Source: Mobula hypostoma
Taxonomy: Eukaryota
DNA length: 64,000 nt
NCBI RefSeq assembly: GCF_963921235.1
Contig: NC_086118.1
Coordinates: forward strand, 19,470,001 to 19,534,000
Direction of reading: 5' to 3'
The position numbers and the translations under genes were made by a program. Shown here piece by piece: positions 1-13,279 of the stretch (the stretch's first letter is position 1; every line of letters begins with the position of its first letter). Under the pieces are notes generated by a model that saw only the letters and a program-made list of their open reading frames with translations, ran no database searches and had not been told where the DNA came from.

Positions 1-1350
1 TCACAAATACTGTGGCTTGAACGTAACAGAACTTTGGTTACTACTGTAGTGCATTTAGTATTTCAGTAATGTTTAAGTAATACTGTTCAATAAAACATTG
101 TTTGTTTACGTAATTCATTGCAGGTTACATGTAAGAAGTATGTGAATGGCATATATCATCACACCAGCATGCCATCTTTGAAAACCGTACTAAAGAGAAA
201 CTAAGTAGTCCTGTATCCTGGATTCTTCGTTTATCTTTCGATTAGATTACAAAACATAACAGTGGCGTGAGGAAGTTTTAAAATGAACCCAAGATGACTA
301 CCTGCTGTACCTATTGAGGTGCAACATGTTTTTTCTTCGCAAAGGGGGACAGATGTTTGAGTTTAAAAGAAAAGCGCAGCTCATAGTTCTTCAGCAGGAA
401 TGAGATAGATTTGAGTTTTTAAAAAAGGCAAAAAATGGATGAAATTCAATGGTTCATAAACAGTGATAATAATAATAAATTTAAAAAGCAGAAATGCCTG
501 GTTACATTAGAAAGATAGATGGAGTTGATTGCACAACAGATATCTGGTTGACATATACTGAATGAATTGAACAGTATTTTAAAGGGAAATAGAATAGCTA
601 ATAAGAAATGATCATTAGTTTTGCTTAATGCAATAAGTGGTAAAATATACAGTTTGCTTAGAAATTTAACTGCTCCAACCAAACCAGCTGAAATAAGTTT
701 TGCTGTATCATAAATATAATACAGGAGAATCTAGAACCAAAACTATTGTATATTGCAGAATGCTTTAGGTTTCACAAGCAGAATCAAGAAGAAGGGCAGT
801 CCATTTCAGTATACATGGCTAAATTCAAAAAATTGTCCAAGTGCCGTCAGTTCTGTGATGGGATTAATGAGGCAATGGGAGATCATCTAGTTTGTGGAAT
901 CTTACAAGAAACCATTCAAAAACATCTCCTAACTGAAGCACAACTCACATTATCAGAGCAGTTGAAATCGCTGTATCAATAAAAACAGCAGCCAGAGATA
1001 CAACTGAGTTACGGTCAGCAATCAAAGTGAGTGTGAACAAAATTGCAATGTCTAAACAGAAACCTGCCTGGGTGAGCAATTATGTTACTATTGTGGCAGG
1101 GGCTCACATACACCAGACCAATACAGTCTTAGGGTGAAACTTGCAGAAAATTCAGCAACGTAGGACAGCTACAAAGAGCATGTTGGGTAGACAGAAATAA
1201 ATGGACTGCACAGGGAAGAGATAAAGATAAAAAGTTAAGTTGCAGTTTCATAAAGAGCAAAATCTACATGTTGTTGATGAAAAATCTGATAGTGATGAGA
1301 GTGACACAAGACTGAATAGCCTTGAGGTTTAAAATGTGAAAACTAACAAG
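1..1350 (+). mobile_element. Gypsy/Ty3 LTR retrotransposon, 5' part (LTR end, PBS, degenerate gag)
   Basis: LTR-like end ...CATAACA at ~262 is followed by PBS-like GTGGCG. Gag-like peptide IAECFRFHKQNQEEGQSISVYMA...DHLVCGI (746-982). Zn-knuckle remnant CYYCGRGSH at ~1083. Many stops and frameshifts. Confidence 0.85.
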
Positions 1351-2250
1351 CCGCATATTGGGCAAGGCTACAATGGTGCTAGAGAACAGCTTCTTCAAGC
1401 TCATCTGCGGAAATAGCTTAATTTTTACATTAATGTCTTTTTTCCTTTTCAAGGTGGATGGGGTTCTTTCAAAGTCCCTGATCTATAGCTGCACTCAAGC
1501 TTCAGTGCTTTTTGGCGTTGGGTCCTGTTCCCAGGGCTCACCGACTGGCTGTTTTTTGATATCCCAAGGACATGGCCTAGAAGCTGAGCGCACCCTCGGG
1601 GTGCTGAGGCTGTGAGGCCCTTGTGATGAGTATATTCTATGTCAGTGTCACCAGCTGAGGTATTGTAGAGGAAAACAGAAGAACAGGAACAACAGCTCGG
1701 CTATCGGAGATCTCTGTACTCGGTGAATTGACCAGTCTCTTTCTCTTTTCCTCAATGGTGGGAGAGAGCTCGTTGCCAATTCTCAAGTCAGAGAACTCAG
1801 AAAAAAAGCGACGCAGCAGACTTTAACATCATAAGCAGCAAGAGGTCTTTTTTTTGACTTGTTAAACTCCCCTTTCACTGGGTGACAACCCTGCCTCTTT
1901 ACTAGAGAGATGTAGCCTGTGGCATGTCAAGTTATTGGGTGAATGATTAGTTTTTGTTGCACTGCCAATCATGGTCTTTCTGAGGGGCTTTGCTATTGCT
2001 TGCTTGGAGGGTGGAGGGTGTTGATGCTTTTTCTGAAGTAAGTGTGGAGCGGGAGGATTGATGCTTTGCCACTGCTTATGCATGGGAGAGGGTTTTGGCA
2101 GTCTAACATTTTTGCCAGCACTCTTTCTTTGGTGGTAACCTTCTGTTTTTATAAGACCATAAGACCATAAGACAAAGGAGCAGAAGCAGGCCATTCGGCC
2201 CATCGAGTCTGCTCCGCCATTTTATCATGAGCTGATCCATTTTATCCTAT

Positions 2251-5070
2251 TTAGTCCCACTGCCCCGCCTTCTCACCATAACCTTTGATGCCCTGGCTAC
2301 TCAGATACCTATCAATCTCTGCCTTAAATACACCCAATGACTTGGCCTCCACTGCTGCCCGGGGCAACAAATTCCATAGATTCACCACCCTCTGACTAAA
2401 AAAATTTCTTCGCATTTCTGTTCTGAAGGGGCGCCCTTCAATCCTGAAGTCATGCCCTCTCGTACTAGACTCCCCCATCATAGGAAACAGCTTTGCCACA
2501 TCCACTCTGTCCATGCCGTTTAACATTCGAAATGTTTCTATGAGGTCTCCCCTCATTCTTCTAAACTCCAAGGAATACAGTCCAAGAGCGGACAAACGTT
2601 TCTCATATGTTAACGCGCTCATTCCCGGAATCATTCTAGTGAATCTTCTCTGTACCCTCTCCAACGTCAGCACATCCTTTCTTAAATAAGGAGACCAAAA
2701 CTGCCCACAGTACTCCAAGTGAGGTCTCACCAGCGCCTTATAGAGCCTCAACATCACATCCCTGCTCCTATACTCTATTCCTCTAGAAATGAATGCCAAC
2801 ATTGCATTCGCCTTCTTCACTACTGACTCAACCTGGAGGTTAACTTTAAGGGAATCCTGTACGAGTACTCCCAAGTCCCGTTGCATCTCAGAACTTTGAA
2901 TTCTTTCCCCATTTAAATAATAGTCTGCTCATATATTTTTTCTGCCAAAGTGCATAACCATACACTTTCCAAAATTGTACTTCATTTGCCACTTCTCTGC
3001 CCATTCTTCCAATCTATCCAAGTCTCTCTGCAGACTCTCCGTTTCCTCAGCACTACCGGCCCTTCCACCTATCTTCGTATCATCAGCAAACTTAGCCACA
3101 AAGCCATCTATTCCATAATCCAAATCGTTGGTGTACAATGTAAAAAGAAGCGGCCCCAACACTGATCCCTGTGGAACACCACTGGTAACCGACAGCCAAC
3201 CAGAATAGCATCCATTTATTCCCACTCTCTGTTTCCTGCCAATCAGCCAACGCTCTATCCATGTATGTAACTTTCCCGTAATTCCATGGGCTCTTATCTT
3301 GTTAAGCAGCCTCATGTGTGGCACCTTGTCAAAGGCCTTCTGAAAATCCAAATATACAACATCCACTGCATCTCCCTTGTCTAGCCTACTGGTAATTTCC
3401 TCAAAAAATTGTAATAGGTTTGTCAGGCAGGATTTTCCTTTAAGGAATCCATGCTGAATTCTGCCTATCTTGTCATATGCCTCCAGGTACTATGTAACCT
3501 CATCCCTGATAATCGACTCCAACAACTTCCCAACCACCGACGTCAAGCTAACAGGTCTGTAATTTCCTTTTTGCTTCCTTGTCCCCTTCTTAAATAGCGG
3601 AGTGACATTTGCAATCTTCCAGTCTTCCGGAAGCATGCCAGAATCTATCGACTTTTGAAAGATCATCGCTAATGCCTCCGCCATCTCCACAGCTACTTCC
3701 TTCAGAACACGAGGCTGCATTCCATCTGGTCCAGGAGATTTATCGACCTTTAGCCTATTCAGCTTCCTGAGTACTTTCTCTGTCGTAACTGTGACTGCGT
3801 ACACTTCTCTTCCCCGCCACCCTTGGGTGTCCGGTATCCTGCTGCCTTCCTCAGTGAAGACTGAAGCAAAATACTCGTTCAGCTCCTCCGCCATCTCCTT
3901 ATCTCCCATTACAATTTCTCCAGCATCATTTTCTATTGGTCCTATATCTACTCTCACCTGTCTTTTACTCTTTATATACTTGAAAAAGCTTTTAGTATCC
4001 TCTTTGATATTATTTGCTAGTTTCCTTTCATAGTTAATCTTTTCTCTCTTAATGATTTCCTTTTGTAAGGTTTTAAAAACTTCCCAATCCTCTGTCTTCC
4101 CACTAATTTTTGCTTCCTTGTATGTCCTCTCCTTTGCTTTAACTTTGGCTTTGACTTCTCTTGTCAACCACGGTTGCATCCTTTTTCCACTCGAAAATTT
4201 CTTCTTTTTTGGAATATACCTGTCTTGCACATTCCCCATTTCTCGCATAAACTCCAGCCACTGCTGCTCTGCTGTCTTTCCCGCCAGTGCCTCTTTCCAG
4301 TCAACTTTGGCCAGTTCCTCTCTCATGCCACTGTAAATTCCTTTACTCCACTGAAACACCGACACATCAGATTTCGGCTTCTCTTTTTCTAATTTCACAG
4401 TGAACTCAGTCATGTTATGATCACTGCCTCCTAAGGGTTCCTTCACCTCAATCTCTCCAATCACCTCCGGTTCATTACACAATACCCAATCCAGTGCAGC
4501 CGATCCCCTAGTGGGCTCAACAACAAGCTGTTCTAAAAAACCATCTCGCAGACATTCTACAAATTCTCTCTCTTGAGATCCAGTGCTGACCTAATTTTCC
4601 CGATCTACTCGCATGTTAAAATCCCCCACAATTATCATAACACTGCCCTTCTGACAAGCCTTTTCTATTTCCAGTTGTAATTTGTAGTCCACATCCCTGC
4701 AGCTGTTTGGAGGCCTATAAATAACTGCAATCAGAGTCCTTTTACCCCTGCTATTCCTTAGCTCAACCCATAAAGATTCTGCACTTTCCGATCCTATATC
4801 ACTTCTTTCTAATGATTTAATATCATTTCTTACCAATAAAGCCACGCCTCCCCCTCTGCCTACCTTCCTATCCTTCTGATACACCGTGTATCCTTGGACG
4901 TTCAGCTCCCAGAGACATGCATCCTTTAGCCACGTCTCAATGATGGCCACAATATCATACCCGCCAATCTGTAGCTGTACAACAAGATCATCCACCTTAT
5001 TCCTTATGCTGCATGCATTTAAGTACAACACCTTAAGACCAGTATTTGATACTTTTTGCTTTGATTTCAC
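2251..5070 (-). pseudogene. CR1 ORF2 (APE endonuclease + reverse transcriptase), broken into 4 ORF pieces
   Basis: Motifs YLNACS, IETW, YRPP, GDFN, SDH, KSPGPDG, NYRPVSLTS, YLDFQKAFDKVPH, GVPQGSVLGP, KFADD, LVRPHLEYC. Confidence 0.95.
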
Positions 5071-5253
5071 TACAACTTTATTGCACTACAACTCATCCCA
5101 ATGGCTACACATTTGCCCCATCACCTGCCTATCTTTCCTGACATCTTTACTGCTCACTATCTTAGATTTATTTCTGTTTTCCCCTTCCTCCGCTCTATCA
5201 TTCCTGTTCCCATCCCCCTGCCAAATTAGTTTAAACCATCCCTAACAGCTCTA

Positions 5254-6147
5254 TTAAACTTTCCCGCCAGGATATTGGTCCCTTTTTGGGTTCAGGTGTA
5301 ACCTGTCCTTTTTGAACAGGTCATACTTTCCCCAGAAGAGATCCCAATTATCCAAGAATCTGAAGCCCTGCCCCCTACACCAGTCTCTCAGCCAGGCATT
5401 CATCTGCCTGATCCGACTACTCTTGTCCTCACTAGCACGTGGCACAGGTAGCAATCCCGAGATTACTACCCTGGAGGTCCTGCTTCTCAGCTTCCTTCCT
5501 AACTCCTGGAAATCTCTCTTCAGGACCTCCTCCTTTGTCCTATCTATATCATTAGTACCAACATGTACCAAGACAACTGGCTGCTCACCCTCCCCCTTCA
5601 GAATGTTCGGGACCGGATCCGAGACATCCCGTACCCTGGCACCTGGGAGGGTATCTCTGTCAGGCTCACAGAATCTCCTGTCTGTTCCCCTGACTATGGA
5701 ATCCCCCACGACTACCGCATTTCTCTTCTCCCTCCTTCTCTCCTGCACAACAGCGCCAGGCTCAGTGCCAGAGACCCGGTCACCGTGAGCGTCCCCTGTC
5801 AGGTCATCCCCCTCAACAGCATCCAGAACAAGATATTTGTTGCTGAGGGGGACAGCCACAGGGGTGTTCTCCACTATCCGGGCATTTTCCTTCCCTCTCC
5901 TGACAGTCACCCAGTTTTCTGACCCCTGTAGTCTAGGGATGACTACCTCCCTGTAGCTCCTGTCTATCACCTCTTCACTTTCCCTGATAAGCAGTAGGTC
6001 ATCAAGCTGCAGCTCCAGATCCCTAACACGGTCTCTGAGGAGCTGCGTCTCGGTGCACCTGGCGCAGATGTGGCCATCAGGGAGGCTGGAGGTCTCCCAG
6101 GATTCCCACATCTGACACCCTGAATAAAGCACTAACCCTGCAGGCAA
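5254..6147 (-). pseudogene. CR1 ORF1: Zn-finger/leucine zipper + SGNH/GDSL esterase
   Basis: Motifs HICARC, coiled coil LRDRVRDLELQLDDL, VVGDSIVR, VHVGTND, DxLHLN. C-terminal frameshift. Confidence 0.9.
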
Positions 6148-6673
6148 GCTATCTAATTCTACACGAATGAAACAGGAAAAATAAGTCTACTCACCCACTT
6201 AGCTCACTAAACAGACAAACTTTTTAAACCGTTAGCTTGTACTGTTAGCTGTGAGAGCCCTGCTGTTCCTGTCTGTCCGGGCCGATTCGCGAAAAGGGTG
6301 GGGGGGCGGGGGAGGAAGAAAAAAGAGTTGGCGCTTCGCTCTCGCCTCTTCCCGTTTATCGCCGAAGCCCGTTGAAGCCAAAGCCCTGCACTCTGCTACC
6401 GCTCCGACAGCTGCCCGCTGTATAGGGTGGTCCCCTTTTTAAACTCTCCGCGCGGTCCTGCTGACGTCACACGCCTGTGCAGTCTCGCCCTTCTTGCACT
6501 CGAAGAAGTTTTTAAAAAAAAACTGCCTTCCTGCACAATTCAGCTCCCACGACGCTCTGTGGTTCCGATCCAAATGTTATGTACATCTGCGAAAAACAAG
6601 AATTTCGGGTTGTGTATTTCATACATTCTCTGATATTAAATGGAGCTACTGAACTACTAAAATATTGAACAAG

Positions 6674-9290
6674 CAATATAGCTTACAAAAGAACTGAACG
6701 GCAAATTAATTAAAATGGAATTGGGCACTGGCTCAGCTATTTCAAGCATTCCACAAAATGAGTTTGAATGACATTTCAAAGATACTGAACTGAAGCCTGA
6801 AGATATCCAACGAAGAATTTATACTGGAGGAAAGATCATTCCTGTGGGAATGACATTCATAGCAATGAAATATAACAACCAACAAGCTACATTGGGCTTG
6901 TGTGTGGTAAAAAGAGGAGGGCCAGCATTGTGGGCCCATGATTGACTGAGACATCTACAATGTGATTAGAAATCCATCCACTATTTGCAAGCCACATTCC
7001 CTGCCATAGAGCCAATTGAAAGTGAATTAAGAAAGGTACTGGATGATGCCGCAACAATGTTCAAGCATGACCCCTGAAAACTCAAACATATCAGGGATAA
7101 ATAGTGTTAAATAAAAATGCCACACCCAAGTCTAACAAAGCCTGTCTGGTTTCTGATACCACCCATGATAAAGCAACCAGTAAGCTAGTTCGTATAGAGG
7201 CTGCAGGAATTCTTTCCATGTTTGAATGGAGCCCGTGGGCAATACCAGTGGTCCCAGAAGAATGGATCTGTCAGGATCTGTGGTGATTTTAAGGTCACCA
7301 TCAACCCAGTACTGAAAGTAGATCAGTGCACTCTAACTAGGATAAAGGATATATTTGCAAACCTTCAGCGAAGTTGTCAGCTGAGGCCTTCCTACAGATG
7401 GAGATGGAAGAAGAGTCCAAAGCATTTCTCACCATAAACATTCACTAGGGGCTTTATCGCTTTAATAGGTTTATTTCTGGAGTAATATCTGCAACTGCAC
7501 TCCTTCAGAAAATTACGGACCAAGTGCTATAAAGCTGCAAGGCACTCAGTGTTACCTAGATGATATCATTGTTACCAGAGAGAATGACAAGGAACATCTT
7601 CAAAGTCTCAAGACAATGTTAAAAAGATTCGAAGATTATGGGCTCAGAGCATAATGCAACAAGTGTGAATTCTTTAAACCAAACATCACTTACTGTGATC
7701 ACACCATTGACGCACAAGGATTATACAAGTGTGCTGAGAAAATTCAAGCAGTGGTGGATGCTCTAAGACAAAAGTACGTGTCTCTTGCAGGATTTGTCAA
7801 CTATTATAACAGGTTCTTCCCAAACTTGGCTACTGTGCTCCACCCATTGAACTCATTACTACAGATCAGGAAGAAATGGCAATGGACAAAGCAGTACAAG
7901 GAGGCTTTCCAAAAGGCAAAGGAAATGGTGATGTCAGACACTGTACTCACACATTATAATCCATATCATCCAGTGAAATTTTGCCTCAGATGTCTCGCTT
8001 TATGGTATAGGTGCTGTCATGCCACATGTTGTGAGTGATGGGAGTGAGCACCTCATAGCATTTGCATCACATTAACGCACCATTGCAGAGAAAAAGATTG
8101 ACAGAGAGGCCTTGAGTCTGGCTTGGGGTGTCAAACATTTCTACCAGTACCTGCATGTGTGAGAACACACCCTCATTATTGATCATCAACCTCGTGTCCA
8201 TTTTCATTCCACAGATTGGTGTTCCACTAAAACTGAAGAGATGGGCTATGATTCTTGGGGCACACAATTACAAGATTAAGTTTAAGTGGACAACTAATGC
8301 TAACGGATTGTTCCTTTTATGACTGGAAAAGGAAATAGCTGAAAAATTTACAAAAGAGGACGCTCCTGTTAATGTATTCTCCCTAATGCAAATTGAAAGT
8401 CTTCTTATTATGGCAGAGATTATCCAAAGGGTACCCAGAAAGGAGCCCACACTGTCTCAAGTCTACATGGCAAACCAAAATGGCTGGAATGTATAACAGA
8501 AAATCCACTTTCCCCTTTTTTACCTCCACCATGATGAACTTGCTCTTGAAGGGGGTTGCCTTACGTGGGGAGTACCATCCAAGCTGAGAGCTAAAGTTTT
8601 GGAAGAGCTCCAATACATACTGGTTATCTGGGTGTGGTCAAAATGAAAGCATTGCCCCAAAGCTTTGCCTGGTGGTCTGGGATAGGTCAGCAGATTGAAC
8701 AGCTTGCCATGCACTGTTTGGGATGCCAACATGTCAGAAGTTGCCAGGAGCAGTATCTCTTCATCCCTGGGAAAGGATTTGTGTGAATTTTGCAGGATCA
8801 TTCATGACCACAATTTTTTTTTGGTAGTAGTGGTACAGCTACAAAGTGTCCAAATATGTTCCCTATAACTTCCACTACATTCCGCACACTGTTGATGTGT
8901 TCAGAAGCCTCACCTCAAGGACTGGTGTTCCAAAATATTTAGTCAGTGACAATGGACCACAGCTTGTTATGGAACAGTTTCAGTCATTCCTGAAAATGAA
9001 TGGAATTAGGCATACTATATCTGCACCATACTGCTCAGCTACAAATGGTCTGGCAGAAAAGTTTGCCTAGAGTCTATAAAACGTATTGCAAGTAATGTCA
9101 GCAGAACACTCTACACTGAAACAGAAGCACGCCAATTTCGTCTTTGCATATTCCAATGCAGCAAACTCCACTACCAAAAACTCACCAGCTACCTTGTTCC
9201 CGAATCAGCCCTTGCACTCACACTCAGATCTCCTGAAACCCAATCTCAGAAGGAATATGCAGGTTAAACAACTGAGTAAAATTAAAGACT
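6674..9290 (+). mobile_element. Gypsy pol remnant (protease, RT, RNase H, integrase), continuation of 1-1350
   Basis: MELGTGSA (decayed DTGS), WAIPVVP, SVRICGDFKVTINPVL, YLDD at 7553-7564, GFVNYYNRF, VSDNGPQ, ATNGLAE. Many stops. Confidence 0.9.
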
Positions 9291-9291
9291 T

Positions 9292-9778
9292 ACATAGAAA
9301 CATAGAAAACCTGCAGCACAATACTGTTCCACTTGATTGGTCCTATACTCTCATATCTTATCCTCTTGCTCTTCACATGCTTCAAGAATGCCTTGGGGTT
9401 TTCTTTAATCCTGCTCGCCAAGCCCTTCTGGCTCTCCTAATTTCATTCTTAAACTCTTTCCTGCTAGCCTTATAATCTTCTAGATCTCTATCATTACCTG
9501 GTTCTTTCAACTTTTCGTAAGCTTTTCTTTTCTTCTTGTACACCTTTGTACACTATGGTTCCTGTACCCTACCATCCTTTCCCTGTCTCATTGGAACATA
9601 CCTATGCAGAGCTCCACGCAAATTCCCCTGAACATTTGCCACATTTCTGCCGTACATTTCCCTGAGAACATCTGTTCCCAATTTATGCTTCCAAGTTCCT
9701 GTCTGATAGCTTCATATGTCCCCTTACTTCAATTAAATGCTTTCCTAACTTGTCTGTTCCTATCCCTCTCCAATGCTG
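9292..9778 (-). mobile_element. CR1 fragment (3' tail fused to an internal ORF2 piece)
   Basis: CATAGAAACATAGAAA tail followed by sequence resembling the EN-RT linker of the CR1 at 2151-6573. Confidence 0.7.
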
Positions 9779-10149
9779 GGTTAATCTTGCATTGGAAACC
9801 CACCATGAAATTTCAGAGAACTTAAAATTTAATCAAGAAGTATTTCTTTATTTGCACACCAGCAAGTCGTATAGCCTTTGTAGGGACTAGAATTATGACC
9901 ATCAGGTATCAGCAGACATCTGTCTAGGAGACAGCAAGCAGAATAATCATACTCATTCCAAACAGTGGGAACAATTTGAATAATGCTCCAATTATGTTGT
10001 CAAGTGAGTTTTAGTATAGACAGGGCAGCCTAACTTCTGAAAGTTAGAGATTGCTCCAACCTGCTTTTTCATTAAAACTTTTCAAAAATGCTAGAGCAGT
10101 TAAAAAGCAATGCAGTTAAATTCAGATGCACTCTGAAATATGCATATAA

Positions 10150-10662
10150 AGGAGTTGAATTAGAAAGAACACAGCAATAACAATTCCTTCTTTTAGATGT
10201 TTTCCTGACGAACCTTTGAATATTGTTAAGGCTGAGGGAGATGGATACTTGATGAGAAAGGTGTGATATTTCAAGGGTAGACTGAAATCTGGGGCTAAGT
10301 TTATGAGAAGCATAGATAAAGTGGACAGCCAGCACCTTTTCCCCAGATGGAAATGACCTTACCAGAACTATTGGTTTAAGGTAAGTTAAGGAAAGTTTAT
10401 CAGACATGTCAGAAATAGGTTTTTAGACACAGAGTGGTCAGTGCCTAGAGATCACTGCTGGGGGTGGTGGTACAGGCTGAAACAAGAGATACATTTGAGA
10501 GGCACTTAAAGATAAGCTCAAAGATGTAGGAAAGATGGAGGTACAAGGGATGTGTAGGAAGGAAGGGTTAGAATGATTGTGAAGTAGGTTTGTATGGATT
10601 GGCACAACATCATGGGCCAAAGTGCCCGTTCTGTGCCATGCTGTTCTCTGTTCTATGTTCTA
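10150..10662 (+). mobile_element. Old CR1 3' fragment
   Basis: Degenerate ORF2 C-terminus and a 3' UTR ending TTCTCTGTTCTATGTTCT. Confidence 0.75.
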
Positions 10663-11427
10663 AATGGTAGAGATTGCTTGGCAGGGAGAGGTGGTGGGGT
10701 GGGGAGCGGGGAGTGATCCACTCACGCTCTTAAGTCGTCTGTTTGCAAGTGTGACTCTGACATTCGAAATTTAAAGGAACAAAATGCAGATCTTCAAGTC
10801 CTTGCAAGTCATGATTTAACCTTCATTTGCATGATTAGTTCAGGTAAGAACCTTTCCTTGCCCAGAACACAAAACCCAAAGCCAACCTTTCACCGTGGAG
10901 TAAGAGAGATAATGCTGTAATCTTGAATTGTTTTGAGCAATGTGCATAGTTTGATTGAATGAAAATCACCAAAAAGTCACTAAATTTGACCACATTCAGG
11001 CTGCCTGAATCAAGACTTCCTTTTGGGTATTGACAACCTCCTTAACGACTTGTATTTATCACAGCTGTCAGAAACATTTCAAAGCCCTTCGAGTGCAATG
11101 TATTGTTTCAAAGTGCAACAACTGTTGATAGGAAGGCTTCAAGAAATCCAGATCTTAACAGTTTGTACACAGTTGGCAGCAGGTTATATTCTGCTTTCAA
11201 AATTCAAATTTCATAAACAAAAACAAATTCCTGCCGTGACAGTATAGTGCAGTTAGTAACACCAGTCAGTAATAAATCTATAGCCAACCATTTTACACAA
11301 AGCAACATCCCACAAGTTATAATTAAATGATTGACAATGAATCTGAAGATGACAGTGATGAAATGCAGGGTTGACATCGTAAGATCATCTGTAGTTTTAT
11401 GTAACAAAAGAAAATTATTGTAAAATT

Positions 11428-11670
11428 TGTTATGTGTTCTTTTCTTATCTAGTTCAGGGTATTTGCATATGCATTCACAAACAAAGGAGACAATTCACAT
11501 GCATTAAACCACAAGAAAGCACTTTATTAAAACTAGCAAAATGCAGCACAGAAAGATAAAACAAATATCTACAATGGTCGCAGTGCAGAAATCAAAATAA
11601 TACTTATCATCCACTAAAGCAGCCGATCTCTGCAATATGGGAGAGGAGCCACAATCTTTCACATAGCCTG

Positions 11671-11705
<35 letters not shown>

Positions 11706-12193
11706 ACTCTAACTCTGATTCAGCGTACTGTTTCCTGTCTTAGCACTAACACTCGCCGTAACCTAGCCAAAGACAAAATTCTCCCCCTGCACAAAGAAAG
11801 TGTACCTTTTTATATTCTTCAAAACCTCCTACACTAGTACTTTCCCTCCTCCTTTATGTCTTACAACTTCAGCCCAGACAAACCTGTTTTTCACCACTCT
11901 CCACTATTATGGCAGCAGACTTGTGCTTCCTTGGTTTTCTCAAAGCATCCCTGTGGACAGGTTGTCTTCTATTTCTCAAGACAATCCCACTCCAAGCTAA
12001 CACCATTTTATTTATTTATTACAGACTTTCATTTTGTTTTAGCATATACCAAGGAGGAACCACATTCTCTGTCCTCACATCGTATCAAATGGTAAAAATC
12101 TCCGGTTCTCATGTCTCTTTATTCCTTTTCAAGATTGCTGAGATCCTGTCAGAGTCAGTGATCTACAGCTGCCCTCAAACCACATTCATCACG
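11428..12193 (-). mobile_element. Possible solo LTR
   Basis: Termini TGTTATG...CATCACG (imperfect inverted). Minus-strand AATAAA (~11523) and TATA-like motif (~11810). Internal (CT)n. No TSD seen. Confidence 0.35.
11673..11704. repeat. (CT)n microsatellite
   Basis: Seen directly. Confidence 0.95.
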
Positions 12194-12229
12194 GGCAGTA
12201 GGGTTCTCACGTTCAGGACTTGCTGAGCG

Positions 12230-12845
12230 GCCTGTGTTTCGGGATCTCCAGGAGCAGCCTGGAAGATGTGGGCCTTCGGGGTGCGGCTGTGTGGATGACA
12301 CAGTTCCCCGCCAATGTTCCTAAGTGAAGTGTCGCGGGGGATTGAAACAGTGGACACAGCTGTTGGAGGCCTCTGCGCTCGAGCAATCTCGCTCTGTCTC
12401 TTTTGATGGTGAGTGAGAGTCTGGTTCTCAGGCCAGGGGAACCCAAGTACATGACGCTGCAAGATTGTAACATCAAAACGGCAAGCTCTTAAACTCCCCT
12501 CTTGCTATAGCTACAGCAACATCTCTCTCTGCCTCACTAGTGGCAGAGAGAGAGCCTGTTGACATATCGAAGTGTTGGGACGGACAGTAGTTTTTGATGA
12601 ATCTAGATCATAGTCTTCAGGGGGCCTTTCTATTGCTTGCATGGTGGGTGGTGGGGGTTGGTGCTTTGTTTGGAGCAAGTGGGGGAAGAGGAGGGGGAGG
12701 GTGGGCTTTGGGGTTCCAATGTTTTCTGACATTCATTCCTTGGGGTTTTCTCGGTCTCGTTGATGTCTGCGAAGAATGAGAATTACAGGTTGCGTACTGT
12801 ATGCATTCTCTGATATTAAATTAATGGAACCACTGAACCATTGAT
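12230..12845 (+). mobile_element. SINE-like repeat related to 1351-2150/6574-6667
   Basis: Shared blocks CTATTGCTTGCWTGG, AACTCCCCT and CATTCTCTGATATTAAA. Confidence 0.65.
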
Positions 12846-13279
12846 TTGAGAGAAGGTGGAACAGAGAGGAATAGGGTGGCAGGAAGATTGTTCTTCAGAC
12901 AGTGCTGCAGCCTTCCGTCAATGTTGGCAGATCTTTTATTGCTGAGCCATTGGAACTGGCAGTTAAATCAAATCAAGTTTTTATTTATCTTTCAAGCCAT
13001 CCACAGATAGAGCTGAACGAGACAGTTCAGCTGTGATTGTGCTGGACCTGGCCCAGAGTCATTGCCTGCGATTCCTCCACACTCCTGCTCACCTGGGCTG
13101 ATTTTGCTGCCACTCTGCTGCCTTGAGTTAGACAACAACATATTACTGGTGATTAGTTTTTTGCAGTACAGAGGCCCCTGACAAGCTTAGACAGAAAGCA
13201 GATTCGGGAATGCAGCTATCAAAGTTGTCAAGCATTTTAATAGTGTTTAAAAATCCATGATATTCACAGATTTAAAAAT

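Larger units (their letters stand above)
2151..6573 (-). mobile_element. Full-length CR1 LINE (inactivated)
   Basis: 3' octamer tail (ATAAGACC)n at 2151 on the + strand, then ORF2 fragments, esterase ORF1 and a GC-rich 5' UTR. Confidence 0.95.
1351..6667 (+). mobile_element. Non-coding SINE-like interspersed repeat, split by a CR1 (pieces 1351-2150 and ~6574-6667)
   Basis: Both pieces align in order with a related copy at ~12230-12845 (e.g. CATTCTCTGATATTAAA tail). Flanked by candidate 6-bp TSD AACAAG (1345-1350, 6668-6673). Confidence 0.7.

Noticed and set aside
10780..10850. Octamer ATTTGCAT next to a CAG/GTAAG splice donor
   Set aside because: Short motifs are expected by chance, and no leader, V-segment, RSS or snRNA follows.
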